The position numbers and the translations under genes are program-made. 64,000 bases of DNA from Zygnema circumcarinatum SAG 698-1b (Eukaryota > Plantae > Zygnematophyceae). Shown one piece after another: positions 50,288 through 64,000 of this stretch (its first letter is position 1; every line of letters begins with the position of its first letter). The stretch covers positions 992,001 to 1,056,000 of the forward strand of contig CM074814.1 of assembly GCA_037447605.1 (NCBI GenBank), read 5' to 3'. The notes beneath the pieces are model-generated. The model was given only the letters and a program-made list of their open reading frames with translations. It did no database searches and was not told the origin of the DNA.

Positions 50288-50374
50288 AGTAGTTCGCTCG
50301 AGAGATAAGCTCTCCGGAGGCTCTCCTCCATCCTGCTTCTGCCTGCAAGTCTTGGAAGGAAAAGGGCAGTAGCC

Positions 50375-53300
50375 ATGGCGGGAGTGGCGACCATACCGTG
50401 CAGCATTGCGCGGCCCTCGCAGACGGCTCTCAATTCTACACCGAAACTGCTTGCTTCCACCTGCAGCCTCTGCGGCCATGGATTGGACTGGCGGACTTTT
50501 CGAAGCAGCGCACAGATATCTGCCTTTCGTGGAGTAAGACTTGGAGAGCGGAGACTTAGAAGAGATAGGTTCCTGAGAACAGGAATATCTCAAGCTGTTT
50601 TGGTGACTCAGAATGCAGAATCAGCGTTGGATTCTGAGGGAAGAAGCAATGAAATGTATACAGAACAGATGCAGGAGTTTCAACTGCCTTGCATAACTGG
50701 CACAAAGAGAGTTGTATTGGTCCGCCATGGCGAGAGTACATGGAACGCCACTGGAAGGATACAAGGAAGCTCGGACTTCGCAGTTCTCACAGGAAAGGGA
50801 GAGAATCAAGCAGAGACTAGCCGGCAAATGCTGAGCAATGACAACTTCGAAGTCTGCTTTCACAGGTGAAGATACTTATAGAATCATCGTCCCTACATTA
50901 CAGTATGGTCCGCCTTCTACGAATATGGATGAATATATATGTATATATATATGTGAATATGGATTAAGGTTTAATCTCTGTTGGGAACACGGCACAAACA
51001 AAAATTCAGGCGACTTGGTGCAAGTGACTCCCATTTGTTGTGATCATAAGGATAGCAATCCTCGTCCTTAAATTTGATGGGTCATCCATGACAACTGTCT
51101 ACATTCCTGCATTTTCCCTGTCACTGAATGCATTGGCGCATTGTTCTGTCCATGCTGGAGTTTGTGTGAGAATTATGCTTATTGGAGCGCTGTTGTGCGC
51201 TCAGCTTCTTCAATTGAAGCATTTACCATGCATTAACCATACAATAGAGGACATGCTAATTTCAGGAATTGAAAAGCCAAACTAAAATGGCCAAGCCATA
51301 CTTTCTCTGAGTATTCCCCCCATGTCTGTTGCTCATCATAGCGCCTTGCTCCCACAAGTCCAAACAGTTCTTCTCTAATTTCCCATAGACTTTCTGTACT
51401 GGATTTCACTCTTTTTGTTGAATTTGTTCGCCCCTCCAAGAACACCTTAACCCTTCTGCAGGCCAAATGCCACTAGGTTTAGTCAAGTGTCGTTTAACTA
51501 TTAAACTGCTTCGATCGTTTTCAGCGATACTGTTTGATCTCCTATACTGCTTTCTACCATTTGAATGTTCCAAGTGATAATAATGACCAGACGGCCTTGA
51601 CGTCCTACTGTGTTTCAAGAGCTATTGTCATGCAGACTTACATTCACAGTTTAGGCAAATGTGTTGCCGTGTTTCAAGGATTGCATGATTCTATGTCAAT
51701 CCTTTCCTTTTTAGGCTGCTCTGTTGTTGCTCCTGTATGGCAACGTGCAGGTTCTTTGCGAAATCTTCTCTCTTGCCAGGCTTTTGCTATCAAATCTATA
51801 GCATGGTCCTATCTTTCATTGCACGCGAACTCGATTTTCCCAATAGCTTGAATCACAGTTGGAGTCTCTTAATCATCCAAATCTCCTTATCATCCTTTCT
51901 GCACCTTAGCCATGCTGGTCGTTCCTTACTTGATACTATTCGTTGCAGCCCCCTGCAGAGATCTGCAAAAACAGCGAAGATTATATGGGCTTCCAGAACA
52001 TCTCCAATGATCCCAGTAGATGACTTGCGAGAGATCGACCTTTATTCTTTCCAGGTATGGAAACTCAGGAATGGCCACTTTTCATTCACGTTTAGGAAAT
52101 AAGCAGCCTTTCAGCAGACTGTTCTCCCTTTCAACAACCACCATCGTACTCTCTTCTCCTGCTCCCAGGGCTTACTGAAGGACGAGGGCAAGCAAAAATT
52201 CGGTGAGCAATACCGCATGTGGCAGAAAGATGCCGCAAATTTTGAGATTGATGGCCATTATCCAGTCCGAGAGCTTTGGGGGAGAGCCAGAGAATGCTGG
52301 AAGACTATACTCGCCCATCCAGCAAAGTCCATTCTAGTGGTTGCGCATAATGCTGTAAACCAAGCCCTTGTGGCCACAGCCACAGGTATGCGGCATAGCT
52401 CCAAACTCGGAGCGGAAAACACCTTAGAGTGAGTATTTTCATCGTTACAGGTCGTAGTCGAAGTAACTTGATTGACAGTGCTGTCGAAGTTTCAAAGTGG
52501 TTAGCACTTATTCGCTGCATACAGAGGGGAAATGACCAATTTGGCAAGCAAGTTCTGGAACATTTGATGCATCGTCCTCAGGTTATGGTGATTTCGTTAT
52601 CTAATGGCGGGGGCATCGCTGTCAAGCACCGCTTGATGAGAAAACATGGTTTACATTCGTAAATGGCCGGCTCAGACTTAAAGTTCTTTTCTTCGTTGAT
52701 TCGATAGCACAAAGGAGGGGAAATGTTCAACGTACAATGAGCTTTTTCTGTTTTGCATTGCATTGGTTTTGCGGGAGAAACTGCAGGATTGGGTCCCGAG
52801 TACTTTCGGCAGCTGCTGCAGAGCAACTGTGGTGTGAGTGTGTTAGACTTCACCTCCCGTCCATCTGGGGAAGGACCTCCCATCGTATCTCTCAACCGGT
52901 TGAATCAGGTAAGCAGCAATCCTTTCCTTATACCTCAGTAATGATAGCCTACTAGTCAACTATCGTATCCCTTTCCATTTGCCACCTCCGTGGCATAACA
53001 GCATGGAAATACCCTTTATTAGCAGCCTTACTCAGGTTTGTGCAGGGCTATTCTCATTCTCGTTGGTTTTTTTGCTGCAGACTCCGAGTCCACCCATTGC
53101 GACGGCGGGGGCCGGACGAAAGGCTAAAAGCCGCGTCTTGCTGGTTTGCCATGGGGCTACCAATAGCTCCGCTCAGGCACAGCCGTAGACCTCCACTTTT
53201 TCATTCAGTCATTTCTGATTGGCTAACCTATGGCTATTTGACTGGGTAGTGAGTGCGTTGCTCGGCTAATGTTGGTGAGTAGGCATTAGGGTGATCTATC

Positions 53301-55183
53301 AGTCTGCGCTGATGCAATTTTGAAGCGATTATATTTATTCTTTGTCAAATATTCTTAAGAGCAGAGAGAAGGAACACAGTTGACTGTAAGTTGACTCGAT
53401 TCCCTCTGGACTGGGTTGAAATCTCAGAAAAAGTTTGCGGAATCAGATGAGGAGGATCTTAACATGCTTGGAGTGATCCAGGTGAGTTCGCTGTTAACCT
53501 CATTGCTACAAGCTGATAGGACAATATGTAAGAACGATATAGCATTCTTGAGCATGATGTACTTTGGAGCTTCCAAACTGTGTGGATGGATGGAAGTGCC
53601 TGATCTTGCTGAATCTAGCCAGAACCGTTCAGATCTGAAAACCTTATAGCACTTTATCATCAACGGTGCTCACATTTTTCGACCTGTTTTTCCGGACCTC
53701 CTGTTTCTGTGTGGCAGTCTCGTAAAGCAGCAGAGCTTCTGCTGGATGTGACAGTGGATACATTGCTCTGCAGTCCATTGTCAAGGGCTCGAACGACCGC
53801 AGAGTCTATTCTTGAAGTGAGCTCCTAATCCAAATTGACATTCACCGAGCAAAACTTAGTTTGTGTCGCTTAAACTTATTCCACAAACTAAAATGGAAAA
53901 GGTAGTTTCATGGACATTTCACGGAATGATGAGCCAATTTTGGCGCAGCTCCAAAAGCCAAACGTGTGAGCCAGTTTCTGCTTTGCGCATCGTATAGCCG
54001 CAGCGCTGCCTCTCTCCTTTTCCCTCTCTTGTTTGCATAACTGGTCTATTGATATGCATACCAGTAGCATTCAAGGCGTCATTGGTATCCTTCCTCAATG
54101 GATAAGCGATTTCTTTGTTTTGGCCATGTTCGACCCATCCCGTTGACAGAGTTTTGGATCACAGAGCATGCTTCTTCTTTCTCATGCTTTTCATGCCATG
54201 GCATCTTGATACGTGGCATGAGATGAGCATGTCAGGTACAGGAGGCAGCCGATTGCCTAGGAGCGGACTGTGTTGCACGATACGTAAATTTGGTGGAGCT
54301 ACCGGAGTTGAGAGATCTCAATTGGGGCGCATTTAGGGTACGTAGAAATCCGTCTTTCTATTTTTTCATCGTGTGTGTTTTTCCTTTTTGGCATTATGGT
54401 GAAGTGAAATATCGTAACCCGAATGAGAATGAAGACTTCGAAAGAGCAGGAGGTTGGGGTTGTTCTATTGCTTCAGTAAAGGGATGTCGGGATGTTTCAT
54501 TCTTTAGAGACATAAGGATGAGAGCAGTTCGTAATATGACTGGTATGCAAAGCATGACCTAAATTGGGCCTGTTCAGTTTCAAGGTTCAGATCCTCCTAA
54601 AATAGCTGAACTCTGCAATAATGAACCACTGCTACTCTGCCTGCATTGAGTACTGGAACAAGGTAGCTATTCTCATCTGTAGCTATTGACAATTGAATGA
54701 AGATTGAGAGGGTAATGTTTCTTTGAGGCGCAAATAGAGGAATGTATTGTCCTGTCGCTGCAGGGGGTGGTGAAGGACACGCTTAGCCACGATGAAAGAT
54801 GGAAAGGCACATTTCTGCTGGAGGGCGCTGAGGATGGAGAGACTCTGCATTGTATGTGGGAGCGAGCTGGAAGAGCCTGGGAAGCGATCCTCCGGCATTT
54901 GGCAGAAGCAGAGTCAAGTGGCGAGTCAGCAGAAGAAGACAACAGCAAGACGGTGGTTGTAGTGGGGCATGACATCATCTACTCGGCGATGTTGGGGCAT
55001 TGCCTTCAACTCCAGCCGGAAAGTGTGGACTCTTTCCATCTCGATACAGGAAGCTTAAGTGTGATCGATTTTCCAGATGGGCCGACGGGCAAGGGAGTAG
55101 TCCGATGCCTTAACTATACGGCCCACTTGGGGCGTTGGGCTGTGCCTGTAACAAGCCCCTCCAGCAACGATGAAGATTTCTGA
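50375..55183 (+). CDS. 2-carboxy-D-arabinitol-1-phosphatase-like tandem histidine phosphatase (PGM family, At5g22620-like), plastid-type N-terminus
   Basis: VVLVRHGESTWNATGRIQGSSDF, SPLQRSAKTA, LREIDLYSFQ|GLLK, GHYPVRELW, LVVAHNAVNQAL, FRQLLQSNCGVSVLDF. Second domain: LLVCHG, VVVVGHD, LDTGSLSVIDFPDGP...CLNYTAHLGRW. Confidence 0.92.
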
Positions 55184-56074
55184 TTCTTCTATGGAACAGG
55201 CGGTCTTTCTGGATTACATGTATGGCCTACGACCATGGAAACCGTGGGGGTGGCCTTGTCCCGGTCGGACTCTGGTTGAATGCCTGCACTGGAAGGTCGA
55301 ACGAGGACTATGGCTGGCTTGAGACTATTTTTTTTTTAATATCTGTAACATCCAACTAGGATCTCTACATGTTTATGGTTGCGACAAATATGGTTAAAAT
55401 GGGAGCTCAATTTTTTTTTATCCTAAAAAACGTAGCAAGAATCCCAACAGTGTCTTCGTCAAGTCTGAGGATTCTTAGAACAGGATTATGGCCGCTAACT
55501 GAAATAGAAATTATATACAACAACATTAACATATTTGCTTGTATACGTGGCTTGACAAGTAATCTCATATTTTCCACATAACTTGATTCTGATTTGTCAT
55601 TCGTTTTTTTCGCGAAGGGCTTCATCTTCTTGTTGGAAAAGTTATCTTTCACTTTGAGGAGCTCTGATCCCCCCTTTCCGTTTTGTTTTGAAAAGTAACA
55701 CTCAGACCATTCGGGCTCCACATGACACTGACAGGAATCAAAAGATAGGCCCTCAGTTAAGTTAAGCAAAAGGCGCTCCATAAGCTACCTAGTACATGGT
55801 AGAGCACAAAATCTGGCAGCTGAAGATAAAAAAACAAGCGCAATAGTCGTTAATGTGAAAGAAGAAAAAAAAGGACGGATGTCTCTCTTTCAGTTAAAGA
55901 ACTTTCGTCCAACCAACCGATGCCCTGTCTGCTGCTTAGCACCAACCTTAACAGTAACTGAATACGGGAATGTGCCTGCCTTAATCTGCCTCTCCCTGTC
56001 ATTATTTATTCCACAGAGCAGCACATGTATGTACAGGTTCCAGCCTTTTCATCGCTGGCTGAATCTTATCACTT

Positions 56075-57298
56075 TCATTGAATAGCAGGCTTGCCTGAGT
56101 GCAAAGAAACAGAGATACCAAGCCACCATGAAGCTCCACCTTGTGGTTTTGCATCATTATTGTAAAGCGGAAGACTCGATTGCGAAGCCCGAACAAGTCT
56201 TGAATCCGCTTCCTCCTCCTCCGTATCTTGGTCTCGTCTATGCGACATTTTTCCTCCGCTCTTTCTTGAAAGCTCGGAGTAGCAGGCGGACGCCATTTCA
56301 CGGCACAGTAAGTCCACCACCGCCTTCAAATCCGCTTCTGTACTTTGTGCTGTAGTCGTCGCTCCTTCCATGCCAAATCCTTCCTTTTGATGCGCCTCTC
56401 CTTTACCTGCAGTTTGAACCTCCTTGTCGTCCAATATTTTCCCACTAGCCTGGACACCATTCTCTGCAGCATTTTTCCTCTCCTCCATCACGTTGTACAG
56501 GGCCTCACTCTGAAAAATCGACTCAAGATCCTTCTGCTTCTGCATATATGAATCCTGAACCATCTGACCTTCCAACTTACTCCTCTCTTCACGTATTGCC
56601 TCCTGTCTTCCATTCATCCCTTCCACCTTGTTTTTCCTTCCTTCTCTAATCTCCTGAATTTCTGATATTTGCTCAAACACTTCCGCCTCTACCTCTCCAA
56701 GCCGCCTAGCGAGCATCTCCTCCGCCTCTCTACTTTCCCCCAACTTCAACTGCAAATCCACCACTTCCACTTGCAGTTTTTCTGCCAACTCCTCCGATCT
56801 CCTCGTTCTCTTCTCCAGCATCTCCTCCCTCTCCGCCACTTCCTTCAACCGCACATGAAATCTCAGAAGCGCTTCATCCTTAGCTTCCAGCGCCCAAGCC
56901 ATGGCCTCTAACTGCCTCAACAATGTCTCCTTCTCTCTCATCCACTCATTTTTTCTCACGTCACTCACCTCTCCCTCCTCAAGACTGACGACCTCCCTCA
57001 CCTGCACTGAATCTGTATCAATTTCTCTGTCTTTAAATTCGTCCTTGGTAGCCTTCCCAAGAAAACTTGGAACCGAAACTGAGACTTTGACAACCTGACG
57101 GTCATAGTACGTCTTATCTCCACTCTCTATCCCTTTGTATCGAGAAGATTCAAGTAATCCACAGATTTCATCCTCCCTGCCAATGGTGGAGATCGTATTA
57201 TGCAAAGTGGAAGTCCCGCAGCTGTTCCCTTCCATCCTCTCCAGCGACCAATTGCACCCCTCCCACTCGCAAGCTGTTTGTGCGGAGTGCGGCGACAT
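56075..57298 (-). CDS. Hypothetical coiled-coil protein (about 407 aa as a single exon; 3' end uncertain)
   Basis: Long ORF with E/K/R/L heptad-rich centre (KETLLRQLEAM...LAEKLQVEVVDLQLKL...). ATG at 57298 lies just after a CT/GA microsatellite leader. Confidence 0.55.
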   Translation of the reverse strand: MSPHSAQTACEWEGCNWSLERMEGNSCGTSTLHNTISTIGREDEICGLLESSRYKGIESGDKTYYDRQVVKVSVSVPSFLGKATKDEFKDREIDTDSVQVREVVSLEEGEVSDVRKNEWMREKETLLRQLEAMAWALEAKDEALLRFHVRLKEVAEREEMLEKRTRRSEELAEKLQVEVVDLQLKLGESREAEEMLARRLGEVEAEVFEQISEIQEIREGRKNKVEGMNGRQEAIREERSKLEGQMVQDSYMQKQKDLESIFQSEALYNVMEERKNAAENGVQASGKILDDKEVQTAGKGEAHQKEGFGMEGATTTAQSTEADLKAVVDLLCREMASACYSELSRKSGGKMSHRRDQDTEEEEADSRLVRASQSSLPLYNNDAKPQGGASWWLGISVSLHSGKPAIQ

Positions 57299-57364
57299 GG
57301 CCGACAAACGAGGGGACGTCTGAAGGTGGGGCAGAGAGTGTGTGAGACAGAGCGAAGTTGTGGC

Positions 57365-57400
57365 AGAGAGAGAGAGAGAGAGAGAGAGAGNNNNNNNNNN

Positions 57401-57438
<38 letters not shown>
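57365..57438. repeat. (GA)n microsatellite containing a 10-N assembly gap (57391-57400)
   Basis: Pure AG dinucleotide run on both sides of the N block. Confidence 0.97.
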
Positions 57439-57441
<3 letters not shown>

Positions 57442-58079
57442 TAGAGAGAGAGAGAGGGGGGCGAGGGGGGGCGGTCGCTCGGCCGCTAGGAAGTGGCGCT
57501 TTACGGTTGCCAAAGGTCGCCGCCACGTGGGAGGCTCTGTTCAGAAATCGTCCAGATTCATTCACTGGACCGGAAACCCGTCCCGATGCAGAATGGCCAG
57601 ATTCAGTGCATGTTGCAGCCGCGCCGTTTTGTCGATTTCCCGCACCTGTGTCGCGTGGCCTCGAAAGAACCGCCGAGAGGTAAAATGATCCGACCCGACC
57701 AATGAGTGACTGCCACGTAGAACAGCCCAGAACACGTGGCACGTTCTCGGAAATTGCTCGCGCCTTTTCGCAGTTGGATTCCCCCCCCCTCCCCTCCTAG
57801 GGGCCCCCCCGGGTCCCGCCCGATCCTGGCTCACGATTCAACGGTGCAGATTAATTTGGGAAAATCCGACGGTGGGTGACGGCCGGGGACGGGCAGCTCC
57901 GGGAAGGACGGGTGAAAGTAGTCAGTCAGTCTCTCTCGAGTCAGACCACAAAATATTTAGTTAGGTATGACCTCCGACACTGACTCTTGACTATTAACTC
58001 GTGACTCGTCCTTCCCGTGACTCGGGAGTCAGAAGTCGAATGACTAACCGACTCTTGGGCCATTAGTCAGTCACACGAC

Positions 58080-58199
58080 TGACCGCAGGGGATGGATGAC
58101 CGCAGGGGATGGATGACCGCAGGGGATGGATGACCGCAGGGGATGGATGACCGCAGGGGATGGATGACCGCAGGGGATGGATGACCGCAGGGGATGGGT
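58080..58199. repeat. 17-bp minisatellite (GACCGCAGGGGATGGAT) x7
   Basis: Units start at 58081, 58098, 58115, 58132, 58149, 58166 and 58183; only the last has a mismatch; no spacers. Confidence 0.95.
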
Positions 58200-58416
58200 G
58201 GATGGATGGAAGGATGCCATGCCGCCTCCAAAAGTGCATGCCCCATCATCACGTCACCGTTTCTCCTATGCCACGTGGTATCCCCACTGGCTGCCACGTG
58301 GCGGCTAGTCCAACGCCGTACAGGAAGGCTTTCCTCTCCTGCTGGAGAAAACAATCCCGGGCGAGAGCTGCGCAGAGAAGGGGGGAGGGGGCGCGCTTGG
58401 TGGAGGGAGTGCAGCC

Positions 58417-64000
<5,584 letters not shown>

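Noticed and set aside
55407-55781. 124-aa minus-strand ORF between convergent genes
   Set aside because: AT-rich, no motif, and could not be joined in phase to the coiled-coil gene.
57299-57742. N-terminal extension of the 555-aa ORF
   Set aside because: It crosses the (GA)n repeat and the N gap, so the frame is unreliable; more likely 5' UTR and promoter.
58080-58199. CRISPR-like appearance of the 17-bp repeats
   Set aside because: Head-to-tail units with no spacers, eukaryotic context and no cas genes.

Overview
Gene-dense, intron-containing eukaryotic nuclear DNA of roughly balanced GC from a streptophyte green plant. The compact genes, land-plant-type families (HLB1, ICU11/CP2, PTST2/3, CA1P phosphatase) and a DUO1-type MYB with an aberrant R2-R3 linker are most consistent with a conjugating alga (Zygnematophyceae); this is inference. 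About 15 protein-coding genes can be reconstructed by manual splicing, mostly in divergent or convergent pairs: GNAT acetyltransferase, TMEM245-like, an unidentified multi-exon gene, PTST2/3, UBC E2, ICU11/CP2 dioxygenase, a secreted orphan, HLB1, a cyanobacterial TIGR03492-type LpxB-related glycosyltransferase, a DUO1-like MYB, an EMB2735-like protein, an R3H-IGHMBP2-like helicase, CA1P phosphatase, a coiled-coil orphan and DHX34. Non-coding structure includes a complete Mutator-type MITE with a 9-bp TSD, micro- and minisatellites, two 10-N assembly gaps, and dense homotypic motif clusters (GTAC, AGTC, ATATCG, G-box) in promoters. I recognised no rRNA, tRNA or CRISPR. Top leads are the intact 10-exon cyanobacterial-type glycosyltransferase of unknown function, the degenerate DUO1-like MYB, a candidate bicistronic locus, the MITE and the recurrent GTAC promoter arrays. 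All family assignments come from recalled motif similarity, not database searches.
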